Shown: positions 28,874 to 43,924, counted from the first letter of the stretch. The stretch: DNA of 64,000 nt from Eledone cirrhosa (GCA_964016885.1 OZ024744.1:87668001-87732000); one strand, 5' to 3'. The notes: generated from the letters alone by a model not told the origin. Translations and numbers: made by a program.

Positions 28874-31203
28874 ATGCAAGAACCCCCCCCCCCCCCCCCC
28901 CCACACACACACAACATCCTGCTGGACCCTTTTGAGAAAGATCTATTCAACTTCGTCAGGAGCATTAAGTTCAAAAAGCATTATAGACACAGGAATAACT
29001 TCCTCATTACATTAGCAACAACTATAAAAAAATTTAAAGATAGCAACCTCTTACATGTTATGTCTGACAAAACCAAAAATCTATACACCATGACTCCTGA
29101 AACTTACAACTCTTTCCTTCTTAAAGAACTCAATAAAAACTATAAAAAAACTACACCCTCCAGTGTAAACGTACTTAACCGAAAAGCCCAGGCTTTGGTT
29201 AAGGACTTTCATTTGGATAGATTTACTCACCCTTATATACCAACAACCCCAAGTTCTCTCTCAAGATCACAAGCCAAACTTTATAGAGAGCCCATCCATT
29301 AGACTCATAAGCCCAATCACATCTGACCTGGGCCGCATCAGTAAGAACATCCTTGATAGGATAATCCCTCGGCTACGGAATGATACCGCCTACAAGGTGT
29401 GGTCCAACACCGGCCAAGTCATCAGATGGTTCTCCGATCTAAGGTCCAAGCAATCTATGAGGTTCATCTAATTTGACATAGACGGCTATTACGCGTCAAT
29501 AACCCCGGAACTGCTCAACAAAGCACTAGCCCTAGCCACCACCAACTCTGACATAACCAATAATGAGATTAACATCATACTTATGGCTAGGCAGACTATC
29601 ATTGAATTCAACGGAGGACTCTGGACTAAAAAAGATAGAACAGACAACTTTGACATTACGATGGGCTCAAGTGACTCCGCGCAAATCACCGATTTAGTTG
29701 GGATTTACCTATTACGTAACATCAGAGCCGAAATCCAACTCATGCAAGGCGGAATATACAGGGACGAGGCCCTATTTGCGGTCCACAATTGCACTAATCG
29801 GGGAATCGATTTGCTAAAGAAACAATTACATAGATTCTTTAAAAATAACTGTCTCTCTATCACCATCGAGCTGAACCATAAAGTAGTAAACTTCGTAGAC
29901 GTCACCCTTGATCTCAACAATAACCTTTATAACCCTTACCATAAACCAGGTAAAATACTCACATATATTAGCCCACACTCTAACCACCCACCAGCAGTCA
30001 TCAGAGCAGTAATCAAATCTATCTCCTATAGGATCTCAATGCTATCAGCAAATGAGGAAATATTTATAAACAACGCACAATATTATAATAAGGCTCTCTC
30101 TGAATCTGGTTATAAACAATCAATTTATTACATACCTAAATGCCATAACACACAATTCATCATAATAAACTTAACACTAGAACTAGAAATACCTTAGCAT
30201 ATAGCGAGATTCGCCGGAATTTTAGCAGTAACAGCACCTATACAGGAAACTTTAATGGTGGCAGCGGCCTGCTCCCCATTCCAAGTAGCAAACTAAAAAT
30301 CAACCCTAGAATAGGAATGAGAAATGGGATGACAAATAACAAATCCCCAGGTAATAATAACCATAGGAAGGCCCCTACCAACTCCACTAGAACCCCTAGA
30401 AGGAATAGACCTAGAAATATCACCTGGCTCAACCCACCATTCTCATCTAATCTAGCCACTAATATCCCCAAACGCTTCTTCTCTATCCTATCCAAACACT
30501 CCCCCCCAACCATAGATATTACAAACCCTGTAATAAAAATAACATTAAAATCTCATTCTCCACAACACCTAACCTAGCTAGCCACATCGCGTTCAGTAAC
30601 CATCATAAGCTAAGACAATATAACTCCCACACCGCGGTACCACCACCCCTATCAAATACACAACGCCACTACACCAATAATTACTCTAGTAGCACCCCCC
30701 CCCATCTAATCCTTCTAGCACGGACCAACCGCTTAGGTTAAACAACCCTACTCTCACTAACCGCAGAAGCAACTGCAACTGCCGTTACCCCAATGCATGC
30801 CCATTAAATGGACACTGCCTGACACCTAACATAGTCTATAGGTGCACGGTTGAGACTGCTTCGAATACCAGCTCTTATATCGGGTCTACCTCTAACCTTT
30901 TAAGGTACGCTATAACGCGCACCATTTTTCCTTCCGAGACCCTAGCAACAGATGTTCGACATCGCTAGCTAAACTCATTAAAAACCTTAAATTAAACAGC
31001 GTTCAACACTCACTAAAATGGGATATTTTAGCTAGGGCCCAACCGTTCAATGGACGAAGAAAATCTTGTGATCTCTGTGTTACGGAAGCATATTACATAT
31101 CTTTATCACGACCTCTACCGATTAACGATAGAACGGAGGTAACCATTAGCTGTCAACATCGAAGGGATAATTCCTTCGCCAATAGAATTGTTGACCCAAC
31201 TTA
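28874..31203 (+). pseudogene. PLE reverse transcriptase-GIY-YIG endonuclease ORF, frameshifted and with stops (Naiad-like by motifs)
   Basis: RT motifs FDIDGYYASI (A, preceded by a stop), ITMGSSDSAQITDLVGIY (B), GIYRDEAL (C; YRDD mutated to YRDE), VNFVDVTLDL, YHKP..YI..SNHPP, RNITWLNPPFS. Then CNCRYPNACPLNGHCLTPNIVYRCTV..SYIGSTS (GIY-YIG) at ~30,770-30,900. Confidence 0.9.
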
Positions 31204-31565
31204 GTCATGTAGCCCCCATTTTTACTTGTAGCTAATAAGTTAAATTGCTATGAACAACTCGATAATTATAAGTTACCTCCCCTACATTGTTTCTCAATTA
31301 AAAAATTTCAAAATTAGCACTTAACTATAAACACTCACAATTTCTAATCTCTCGAGAAGTTACTTCCCCTGAAACCACCCTCTAATTAGTAAGGTAAATA
31401 TGCCCTTTGGCAGCCATATTGTTACCCATAGGCAGATCTCACACAATGCAGCCTCGACAGATGAATACTGCTTGATTATGGCTGACAACTGATGCAACCA
31501 AGACACCATAGTAAAAACCAATATATGGAACACTATATAATTTTAATGTATATTCCTTTGAAGTT

Positions 31566-31686
31566 CCGATGAGCCACTCTGTTTTTTAAATATGTTAATT
31601 ATTTTCAACTGAACCAGATCAATTATGATATATAATCATCTGATCCAGAAATATTATATGGAGTAGCGAAACAATTGTAAACGGAC
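31566..31686 (+). ncRNA. Degenerate hammerhead-like motif in the PLE pLTR, long helix II
   Basis: CCGATGA-GCCACTCT...(~85 nt with internal hairpin)...GGAGTAGC-GAAA-CAATTGTA; palindromic helix III ACAATTGT. Core has U4>C and helix I is weak. Mirror copy at ~28,720-28,841 (-). Confidence 0.45.
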
Positions 31687-31694
31687 ATTATTAT

Positions 31695-31785
31695 TTGCCT
31701 TTCATCCTTACGAGGTCGATAAAATATAGTACCAGTTATACAGTGGATAATTGGTGGCCTTGTGCCTAACGTAGAAACAATTATT
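31695..31785 (+). mobile_element. 5'-truncated SINE 3' part nested in the PLE pLTR
   Basis: TTTGCCTTTCATCCTTACGAGGTCGATAAAATATAGTACCAG...GGCCTTGTGCCTAA..GAAACAATTATT matches the SINEs at 38.6, 41.5 and 53.0 kb. It is absent from the inverted left arm. Confidence 0.8.
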
Positions 31786-31897
31786 ATTAATATTATTATT
31801 ATTATTCTCTACATTCCTTACATCAAACTAAAATATGTTGACAATCTTTTAATAATGTCTTCCTTGTGAAGTTTGTGGCCTTGTCTTGCTTAACTAA

Positions 31898-32049
<152 letters not shown>

Positions 32050-32283
32050 CATATATATAAATGTGTATATATATGTAGAAGTTCTATTTAAATGGTTGGG
32101 ATACAACAAGCAAATAGTTTTATAACTGATATAAAGCACTCAACAAATTAGTGGAGTAAAAATACGATATATTAACAAATGGAAACTATATTTATAAAAG
32201 CATAAAACCGGAATAAAGAGTATTCCGCAGTTCACAGTAATTAGCTCAAAGAAGAATAGAGAATTTCCTCGGAGCTCAAATGC

Positions 32284-32810
<527 letters not shown>

Positions 32811-32812
32811 TT

Positions 32813-32889
<77 letters not shown>

Positions 32890-32891
<2 letters not shown>

Positions 32892-33030
32892 AGGGCGGGT
32901 AAAATTCCCGAGATCCATGGACGAGTTCTCTCCAGCGGTCTCTGTCCCTCATTATTGCTGCCATGCCCTGCGTCTCCAACAGACCAGTGTCTGTCCTTAG
33001 CCTTGGTCTTCCTCTTCTAGTGTGTCCATG
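32890..33030 (-). mobile_element. RTE-like LINE extreme 3' fragment
   Basis: Translates HGHTRRGRPR..DTGL....MAAIMRDRDRWRELV, resembling the GRP...DR..WR C-terminal tail of RTE-clade ORFs. Embedded in (TA)n; a ~25-bp piece recurs at ~34,998-35,023. Confidence 0.6.
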
Positions 33031-33056
33031 AATATATATATATATGTATATATATG

Positions 33057-33106
<50 letters not shown>

Positions 33107-33111
<5 letters not shown>

Positions 33112-34026
33112 GAATAATCGAGTATCGAAAAATCGGCGCACGAGTTCACGATAAACAAAATTCGACATGAGTGGCAGAGGGCTCAATAATTCAGATAAAT
33201 CAGAGCTATAACTATCGTTAAAATACCAACACACATAGATTATGTCTAAAATCAACCATGCAACCGAAAAATTACGATCAGGAAGATTCGGGTCACTCAG
33301 ATAAAATATCAATAAATCAATAAATCATGTGAATGTAAAAAGCTTACCCGGACCCACTAGAAAGATGGTAAATCTAGCTTCTTGGGTTTCTGTAAATCCT
33401 TAAACCGCCCACTATCAGCCCACATAAAAATATATAAGACTTCTAGAGAGCGGCGGACAGGAAATACTTTATCAACGAGCTTTGTCCAGACGAATAAAAA
33501 AGCCAACCCTAGCTGAAAACGCACATGGAATCCAGCAAGGGAGATAACCTCTATATCCGCGAAAAATATTCGGGAATGTGGAAAATCACATATCGAATAA
33601 GAGTGCTCAATAGACATGTTAAAATAAACAGGAGCTATTCATCATTTAATAGAATCGACAAAAAATGAACAATAAAATTAACTGGTCAATAGCTAAGTCT
33701 AGAGCTAAATATAGTAGAATAATCGAGTATCGAAAAATCGGCGCACGAGTTCACGATAAACAAAATTCGACATGAGTGGCAGAGGGCTCAATAATTCAGA
33801 TAAATCAGAGCTATAACTATCGTTAAAATACCAACACACATAGATTATGTCTAAAATCAACCATACGACCGAAAAATTACGATCAGGAAGATTCGGGTCA
33901 CTCAGATAAAATATCAATAAATCAATAAATCATGTGAATGTAAAAAGCTTACCCGGACCCACTAGAAAGATGGTAAATCTAGCTTCTTGGGTTTCTGTAA
34001 ATCCTTAAACCGCCCACTATCAGCCC
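33107..34026. repeat. Partial tandem duplication, period 605 bp
   Basis: 33,107-33,424 is nearly identical to 33,712-34,026. Confidence 0.92.
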
Positions 34027-34249
34027 AAAGGTTAATATATATCTGAGGGTACAATGTACCCCCGGAAATATATAGTGTGTCTATGATTTAAGGTGGTTCT
34101 ATGGTAATAATTTGATATACCAGAACTTAATATCAAGATAAGCAGAACAAGTAAAATTCAACCAATTTTTCAAAATAAATCAAAATTAATATACAATTAA
34201 AATTAATCAAAATTAAAAAATATAATATAAATATTTACCTATTCAAATG

Positions 34250-34329
34250 GCCCTAACTGTACAGTTTCACGGTGCAAAACATTAGATATCACGAGGATAT
34301 TAATGGAAAAGCAACGATCATCAGAGAAG
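34250..34329 (-). ncRNA. Type I hammerhead ribozyme motif
   Basis: Minus strand: CTTCT-CTGATGA-TCGTTGC...GCACCGT-GAAA-CTGTACAGTT^AGGG; palindromic helix III AACTGTACAGTT. Confidence 0.65.
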
Positions 34330-34654
34330 CATTTTCCTGTCCTAGGGTTAAAAACCCCAGGAACGACAAAATATATGACCTCAATCCAACTAATACAGGT
34401 CTGAAAGGTCGTGAAAATGACCCGTAAATACATTGGTGTATAGTGAAGGCGGGAAATCGTAGACTAGCAGTCTATGATCGCTACTAAAAAAGATTTTTAG
34501 CAACTAAATAGAACGACAAGATTTTTCTCTATATACTGGAGAATGTTGAATAAGGTTAATATATATCTGAGGGTACAATCTACCCCCGGAAATATATAGT
34601 GTGTAAAAATTGGTTGAATTTTACTTGTTCTGCTTATCTTGATATATATATATG

Positions 34655-34868
<214 letters not shown>

Positions 34869-34908
34869 CTATATATATATCTATATCTATATATATATAT
34901 ATATATAT

Positions 34909-34963
<55 letters not shown>

Positions 34964-35070
34964 CATACATATATATATATATATATACATACATATATGG
35001 TCTTCCTCTTCTAGTGTATCCATGTATATATATATATATGTATATATATATATGTATATATATATGTATG

Positions 35071-35194
<124 letters not shown>

Positions 35195-35199
35195 ATTAT

Positions 35200-35904
35200 T
35201 TATGTATACGTGCATACATATATGTATACAGACGTACAGTAGCATGTATATATATACATACAGGCACACATATATATATATGCACGTATTAGTTTACCGA
35301 ACATTTATTATAATGCTCGGTTTGTTCGTTTGTAAACAAACAAACAGCCTGAATTACGCCGTACGTCTGTATACATATATGTATGTACGTATACATACAT
35401 ACTTGCATTTAAGTAAGTGCCGTACTAAGAGTGAGAAATGAAATTTCGTTTCATTCTATTCCATTTATCGTTTTCGGTGCGCCTGGCCGACTGAACTCAC
35501 TCGATATGCAAATTAGGCTGCTCAGCCGTTAATTTTCATGAGGAAAGTATAGACTTTCGGACGTTCAACCATCTGGCAGAAAGGTATACGGTGCTGACGA
35601 TAGCTAATAAGCTTGAAACTATTACATCGGTCCTGTGTCAGTGTTGAACAAAAAGGTGACATGGTTGCCTAAACACTGTACGGCGTAATTCAGGCTGTTT
35701 GTTTGTTTACAAACGAACAAACCGAGCATTATAATAAATGTTCGGTAAACTGATACGTGCATATATATATGTGTGCCTGTATGTATATATATACATGCTA
35801 GTGTACGTCTGTATACATATATGTATGTACGTATACATACATACTTGCATTTAAGTAAGTGCCGTACTAAGAGTGAGAAATGAAATTTCGTTTCATTCTA
35901 TTCC

Positions 35905-35910
<6 letters not shown>
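35200..35910. repeat. Third locus of the 426/489-bp hammerhead repeat family (short inverted part plus ~1.1 units)
   Basis: 35,200-35,358 in one orientation, 35,360-35,910 in the other. HHR ACGGTG-CTGACGA-tAGCT aata AGCTt-GAAA-CTATTA-CATCG at ~35,588-35,629 (+), helix III mutated. Confidence 0.88.
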
Positions 35911-35988
<78 letters not shown>

Positions 35989-36015
35989 ATAGAGGTGTAA
36001 CACACGAGTTGTGAT

Positions 36016-36393
36016 ATATTGGTAAAAGGAAAAGAAAATGCTGACAAATTGTTCCCAGTGAAAAATAGTTTAATTAGGAGTAATTAAAAATTAGTAATAA
36101 GTATTGGTTAGTATTCAGTTTTGGTTTTAATTTTTACTGGTTGCACATTTCTAATGTTTTTCAAAAATAATCATGAGATAGAGCGCCCGTGATGTTTGCT
36201 CTAATCCTGATTAGAGCAAACATCACCGTCGCTCTATCTCATGATTATTTTTGAAAAGCATTAGAAATGCGCAACCGGTAAAAACTTAAAACCAAAACTG
36301 AATACTAGCCAATACTTATTACTAATTTTTACTTACTCCTAATTAAACTATTATTCACTGGGAACAATTTGTCAACATTTTCTTTTCCTGTTA

Positions 36394-36400
<7 letters not shown>
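36016..36400. repeat. Near-perfect ~190-bp-arm palindrome with almost no spacer
   Basis: ...GTTTGCTCTAATC ct GATTAGAGCAAAC... centre at ~36,208; arms extend to ATATTGGTAA / TTACCAATAT; flanked by (TA)n. Confidence 0.93.
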
Positions 36401-36459
<59 letters not shown>

Positions 36460-36463
36460 TATA

Positions 36464-37410
<947 letters not shown>

Positions 37411-37440
37411 TATATATATATATATATATATAGGGTAGGG

Positions 37441-37500
<60 letters not shown>

Positions 37501-37568
37501 TAGGGGTGTATATATATATATATATATATATAGATATATATATATATATATATATATATACACCCCTA

Positions 37569-37624
<56 letters not shown>

Positions 37625-37625
37625 C

Positions 37626-37677
<52 letters not shown>

Positions 37678-37755
37678 GGTGTAGGGAAAATACAACAGGT
37701 GATGAGGTTCAACGAAGATATATATTAGTTAAACCACTTAAAATAGTAGCAATAG

Positions 37756-37790
37756 TTTTAACGATTTGGACGCTCGTCCTTCATCAGAAT
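37756..37790 (-). ncRNA. Degenerate hammerhead (same family as 43,678-43,714)
   Basis: Minus strand: TT-CTGATGA-AGGAC gagc GTCC-AAATCGTTAAAA; GAAA core mutated. Confidence 0.4.
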
Positions 37791-38606
37791 ATAAGATGAA
37801 AAAATTAAAGAAGAAATTGGAACTTAGAGGAGAGTGAGCAGGGGCCGAAACGATCGAAATTTCTTCGAGAAGAAGGTCTGTTCATTTCGCCATCTCTTTG
37901 TATATACCGTATAACTATATATATATTACTAAAGCTCTGTGATTGCTTGCTTGCTTGTCTGTAATATAATACAGCCAAAAAGGCGCATAATGGGAAAATA
38001 CTTTAAAAGGAAGTTGACCCTGAAATCCAAAAGATAAAAGTTTCGCGTAAATCAGAGCTCGGGTTCCCGAGATATGGGTTTTTCCTGGGTACCTTCTTAA
38101 ACAGAGAGATAGAAGGATAGAGCGAAAGAGATAGTGGTTGTGAGAGCGTAGTTAGAAAGAGAGACATAAAGAGGAAGAGGAGACAGAGGTGAATGAAAGA
38201 GAGAGAGAGAGAGAGCTGATGGTGTTCTTGTGTGTGTGTGTATATATAATATATATATATGAGTGTGCGTTTATATATATATACATATGTGCGTATATGT
38301 TGTTGTGTCTATGACCAGTGTATATAGATCACAGCCTCCCACATATATATACACACACACACACATTCACACATATATATATATATATATTTGTATATAT
38401 ATATGTACGTATAAAAACACACACATTTATATATATACATACACACATATATATATATATATATATGGGCCTTCCAGTTTCATTTCACATCATATACATG
38501 TCTGTGTATATTTTAATTATTTAAAAATTATTTTAAGTGAACATGATTTTTTAAAAATATTTTCAAATGAATGTAACCCAGCAGGTCGCGGGTGGTCTAG
38601 TGTAAT

Positions 38607-38798
38607 ATAATTGTTTCTATTTTTGATACAAAGCCAGCAATTATTTCAGTGTATTACTGTTACTTTATTTTATCGACCCCGTAAGGATGAAAGGCAAAGT
38701 TAACCTCGGTGGGATTTGAACTCAGACCATAAAGGGCCGTAACTCTTTGCTGGAAAGCATGGCGTCCGACCCTCTACCGATACTGCCAATCCACCGCC
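38607..38798 (-). mobile_element. tRNA-derived SINE (family A)
   Basis: Minus strand: GGCGGTGGATTGGCAGTATCGGTAGAG (A-box-like), GAGTTCAAATCCC (B box), TTTGCCTTTCATCCTTACGGGGTCGATAAAATAAAGT, tail GAAACAATTAT; several copies in the window. Confidence 0.85.
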
Positions 38799-39409
38799 GT
38801 ATAATATAAGACTAGTGAATATCATTACTATAATCTTCTGATTTTCTTTCTTTTTTCATCTCTTTCTTTCGTTATGTTTCTCCTTCATTCATCCACACTC
38901 TCCTGTTTTCGTTCCTTCGTTCTTCAATTGTATTGCTGTTTCATTCCTTTAATTATTTATCCATACTTTCGCTTTTCTTTAAAATGTTCTTTCTGTTCTA
39001 CTAGCGGATTTGATATTGAAATTAGAAGATAACGTACCATACGAAAGAAGGAAACGATGGAACGGCGAATGAGCGAGAAAAGCCACACCCCATCCCACCC
39101 GTCACCCTCCCCCAGAAAGAAGAACAGACGACAAACTATAAATAACTAACTAAATAAATAATTGTTTCTACTTTAGGCACAAGGCCAGCAATTACCCAGT
39201 GCATTACTGGAAAGAAAAAACTATAAAAAACCAGGAATAAGTGACAAAGAGGAAAAGGCATTTATCAAGATTATTTGACGAATAGGAGAGCACGAGTGAG
39301 AGAAATGAAAGAGAGAGGGAGGTGGGGGGGAGGGAGGTAAATAGATATTGTGAGAAAGAGAGAGAAAAAGAAAGAGAGAAAGAGAGAGAGAGAGATGGGT
39401 ATATATATG

Positions 39410-39451
<42 letters not shown>

Positions 39452-39460
39452 TATATAGAT

Positions 39461-39513
39461 GAGGTTCTACAGGACTAGAACTGTTTCATTCTTTAGAAAT
39501 CATCAGGAATCTC
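39461..39513 (-). ncRNA. Type I hammerhead ribozyme inside a small fold-back (39,456-39,550)
   Basis: Minus strand: GAGATTC-CTGATGA-TTTC taaa GAAT-GAAA-CAG ttctagtc CTGTA^GAACCTC. Its 3' half is repeated inverted at 39,516-39,550. Confidence 0.75.
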
Positions 39514-39649
39514 CTAATGAAACAGTTCTAGTCCTGTAGAATCTCATCTATATTAAAACTGTTATACTCTGCTATGTATTGAGTACCTTACTTACTGTGG
39601 TTACCTCCGATTCTACCCAGAATAACGTATATATATATATATATACATT

Positions 39650-39735
<86 letters not shown>

Positions 39736-39994
39736 AAGAGAGAGAGAGAGAGACGGGGTGGGGGTATAGAGAGATTTTTGGCAGGGTGATGGTGGCCGGA
39801 TATAGGGAAGTGTTTGACAATTTGAGAGTTAGTGCCTAATGCGAAAAAGGGAGAAAAAGGTAGATAGGCAGAACGTGTACAGACGTTTAGTAATAGATAG
39901 AAAAAATGGCAGCGAGTGATAAACGAAGGGAAGAGAAAATATCGCCTGAGAAACACAGAGAGAGAGGGAGGGAGAGAGAGAGACGTAAGATGGA

Positions 39995-40845
39995 TGTGAT
40001 GATGGAGGTCTTGATGATAATGATAATGGTGATGCTATTGGTGGTGTTGGTGGTGCTAATGGTGGTGCTAGTGGTAGTGGTAGTGGTGTTGGTGTTGGTG
40101 TTGGTGTCGGTGGTGGTGGTGGTGGTGGTGACGTCTTTGTTGTTGTTGTTGGTGGTGGTGGTGGTGATAATGCGGATGATGATGGTGATGATGGTGGTGG
40201 TGTTGTTGTTGGTGGTGGTGGTGGCGGTGACAATGCGGATGATGATGGTGATGATGGTGGTGATGGTGTTGGTGGTGGTGGTGCTAATGGTGGTGCTAGT
40301 GGTAGTGGTAGTGGTAGTGGTGTTGGTGTTGGTGTTGGTGTCGGTGTTGGTGGTGGTGGTGGTGACATTGTTGTTGTTGTTGGTGGTGGTGGCGGTGACA
40401 ATGAGGATGATGATGGTGATGATGGTGGTGGTGTTGGTGGTGGTGGTGGTGGTGGTGGTTTTAGAGATGGTAGCGGTGGTGGTGGTAGTGGTGGTGGTGT
40501 TGTTGTTGTTGTTGTTGCTGTTGTTGTTGTTGTTGGTGGTGGTGGTGAGGGGACGATGCGGATGATGATGATGATGATGATGATGTTGATGATGAGGATG
40601 ATGCTGGTGTTGGTGGTAGTGGTGGTATTGGCGGTGGTGTTGCTGTTGGAGGTGGTAGTGGTTGTGGTGGTGGTGGTGGTGGTGGCTGTGGTGGTGGTAG
40701 GCCTGGTTGTGGCGCCGGCGGCGGTGTCAGTGGTGGTGTCAGTGGTGGTGTCAGTGGTGGTGTCAGTGTTGGTTGTGATAACGGTGAGGATGACGATGAC
40801 GTTGTGGATGTGGATGACGATGAGGATGACAATGAGTACGATGAG
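39995..40845. repeat. Degenerate (GGT/GAT/GTT)n trinucleotide low-complexity tract
   Basis: Seen directly; gives the poly-P/T and poly-V ORFs. Confidence 0.93.
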
Positions 40846-41502
40846 AATGTGGAGGAGAGGGAAGACTTGAGAAGGAAGAAGGAGGATCTCCATTTCGATT
40901 GAAATCCAGAAGCAAGTTGAAGGTAAAGATAGAAATAACGAATACTGAAAAATGTAAAGAAAGATTATATGAATTACGTTGGAAGTTAAGTGGGCGGAAG
41001 TAAATTGAAAGAGCATCTGATGTATCTTGTGCTATAAAAAAAAATATTAACGCTTCTTCAATCTTTGTCCATTCGCATCTTAGTTTAAACTTGATTCTTT
41101 GTTCTCTGTTTTCCTTTGGTTAATAGTTACCTATTCTTGCCTAAACCGCTGCTTCTGTGATTTTTATATATTTTTTTCATCCTCTTTCTGTCACTTATTC
41201 TCTTTAAGAAAATATTTACTTCATTACGGAGGAGCCGCCGCGCTGCAGCTGGTGGACATGATAGAACGTCTGGCTTCTAGACAACGAGTCGATGGATCGT
41301 TTTCTGACACCGAAACCGATCTGTATCCATTGTAAAAGGCAACTCATTTGAGTGTAGTCGCACACTTTAGTTCTAAATATATACAACGTGGTATATACAA
41401 TACACTGCTCTAAACAACAGAAGCAATGTGTACATATTAATTAAATTGTTAGTTTACGTAGCTAAGTTTCAAGTACACCAAAACACATTGAAATAGAATG
41501 AC

Positions 41503-41718
41503 ATAATAGTTTCTGATTTAGGCACAAGGCCAGCAATTCAGGGGAAGGGGAAAGTTGATCAAATTGGTCTCAGTGCATGACTTCTACTTTATTTTATCGA
41601 CCCCGTAATGATGAAAGGCAAAGCAAACCTCGACCGAATTTGAACACAGAACGTAAAGAGGCGTAACTATATACCGCAAAGCATATTGCCTGACGCTCTA
41701 CCGATACTACCAATCTAC
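41503..41718 (-). mobile_element. tRNA-derived SINE (family A)
   Basis: TTTATTTTATCGACCCCGTAATGATGAAAGGCAAAG...ATTTGAAC...CTCTACCGATACT, as at 38.6 kb. Confidence 0.82.
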
Positions 41719-42451
41719 TATGAATATGATGTGCTCTTTCCATAATTGACTACAGATTTATGCCAATTCTTTACTGGACCACTTCTATTTTCAGGGCTTT
41801 AATTTACCTTCTTCCGTATCCCAATGAATGCCACAAGAAGTAGTCATGACAGAATAAGAAAGTGTAAATGAAAAGCTGGTGTGTGTATATATGAAGAATT
41901 TCATTTCAAAGTTAATATGTATCTCTAGCAATTCAAGCGACTGCTTTGCTATTATCTTCTTATGTTTTCCCAGCAACAGCAGTTAAGTTGCTCTTATTCA
42001 AGAACATCAAGCGCATCGCCCTTATCTGAACTGAATGTCCAGAGACGAACATGACCACAATGCCTTTCTCAAGTTGAACTCCAAAACATTCACCGCATTG
42101 CCAGCACATGAGAGGGCTTAAAAAACATAGGTTAGAAAAATGGAAGAAAGAAAGAGGTATGGAATGAAGGAACGAAAGAAAGAATGGAAAAAATGAAAAA
42201 AAAAAAAGAAAGAAAGATAGAAAGAAAGAAGACACAAAAACGTATAATGAAGAGGGTCCTCTCCCGCCCAGTTTCAGGATGGCCGAAAATAAAGAGAATA
42301 TCATTTAAAACTAGATTCAAAGTTCTTGAAAATTCTTTGACATTTAAAACATGAAGACACTGTTTATAATTTCACATTCTTTCCTGCTCTTCTAGGCAAC
42401 ATCAAAATTTGGAAACCTTAAATAAAACAGAAATATATATATACATATATA

Positions 42452-42494
<43 letters not shown>

Positions 42495-42563
42495 TGTATA
42501 TATATATATAGAGATATATATCTGTGTGTGTGTTTTGTGTGTGTGTGTGTATGTATATCTATG

Positions 42564-42596
<33 letters not shown>

Positions 42597-42603
42597 GTGT
42601 GTA

Positions 42604-42677
<74 letters not shown>

Positions 42678-42827
42678 TATATGTATATATATATGTGTGT
42701 ATATGTATATATATATATGTGTGTATATATATATGTGTGTGTATACTTACATACACACACACATATATATATATATTCATATACACGTGTGTCCTTGTGC
42801 GTATTTAAGTATATATATATATGTATA

Positions 42828-42936
<109 letters not shown>

Positions 42937-43299
42937 GTGTGTGTGTGTGTGTATACACGCTTAAAAACAAAAATATCCATATATTTTCACATAGTTACGA
43001 CTTATGATGCTTAACTTCTCAACGTCAGCTATCAACTGATTTAAGCACTTTCTGACAATATCACAGTCGCCGGCGATGTCAAGCAGTTTATATTCGAGCT
43101 GGAATGTTCTGCTGATTCGAAGGATGTATGGATGATTTTATCCATATATATATATATAGGGATAAAATCATCCATATATATATATATATGTTTGTGTGTG
43201 GATGCATATGTATGAAAGGGTGTGCAGGTGCATATATGTTTATGTATATATATATATATATATATATATACAGAGAGAGCGAGAGAGAGAAGGAGAGGG

Positions 43300-43562
43300 A
43301 GATGTGAACAGTCTGCTCAAGAATTTTAAGTGTAATTGGCTGAGCCTACCATGTGCACTCGTAATGTGAGATTCAACTTGAGCCAGTGAGATAAACCTGC
43401 CTCCTTGAAAAAGTAGAACCACTTTTGCTAGTTGAGTTAAGTGGGGCAACGTGAAAAGAAATGTCTTGCTCAAGGGCACAACTCGCCGCCCAGTGCGGAA
43501 ATCGAACTCACGATTTTACGATCGTTAACTCAGCACCTTAACCACTAAGACTCGCGCCTTCA
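43300..43562 (-). mobile_element. tRNA-derived SINE (family B, CORE-like central domain)
   Basis: Minus strand: GGCGCGAGTCTTAGTGGTTAAGGTG (A box), GTGAGTTCGATTTCC (B box), GTTGTGCCCTTGAGCAAGACATTT..TTCACGTTGC. Confidence 0.82.
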
Positions 43563-43677
43563 ATTATAGACATATACGTATATATATGTACGTAAAAAGT
43601 AAACAGAAATAACAACACAATCATTATAGTATATGGAAGAAATATATTAGGTTAATGCTTGAAATAGCTGGTAGAGG

Positions 43678-43714
43678 GTCTTAACGTTTCCGACGCTAGT
43701 CCTTCATCAGAAGA
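43678..43714 (-). ncRNA. Minimal type I hammerhead ribozyme
   Basis: Minus strand: TCTT-CTGATGA-AGGAC tagc GTCG-GAAACGTT^AAGA; helix I TCTT/AAGA; palindromic helix III AACGTT. Confidence 0.7.
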
Positions 43715-43874
43715 AAGAATGGGAAATTAGAAATATTTAGGGGACGGGCATGGCGGAATCGGAATTATACATTTTTTTTTTTAGAAAAATAACAGGTTCA
43801 TTCGGGGTAGGGCAAATCGAAAAAAAATGCTTTTGGAGAAAAATAATAGGTCCAGGTCCATTCGTGTTGCCATC

Positions 43875-43924
<50 letters not shown>

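Noticed and set aside
33357-33617. 86-aa ORF in the 605-bp duplication
   Set aside because: No recognisable motif; cannot be supported as a gene.
36236-36285. Possible hammerhead CTCATGA...GAAATGCGCA in the 36-kb palindrome
   Set aside because: Core G5 is missing and helices I/II are not convincing.
39829-41016. 395-aa Pro/Thr-rich ORF (mucin/extensin-like)
   Set aside because: Trinucleotide low-complexity tract open in several frames on both strands; no domain or splice evidence.
43128-43176. 16-bp inverted repeat around (TA)n
   Set aside because: Real, but too short to interpret beyond TA-mediated snap-back.
43490-43562. tRNA genes at SINE heads (also 52,108 and 38,700-38,798)
   Set aside because: A/B boxes are present but there is no full cloverleaf, and they continue into SINE bodies.
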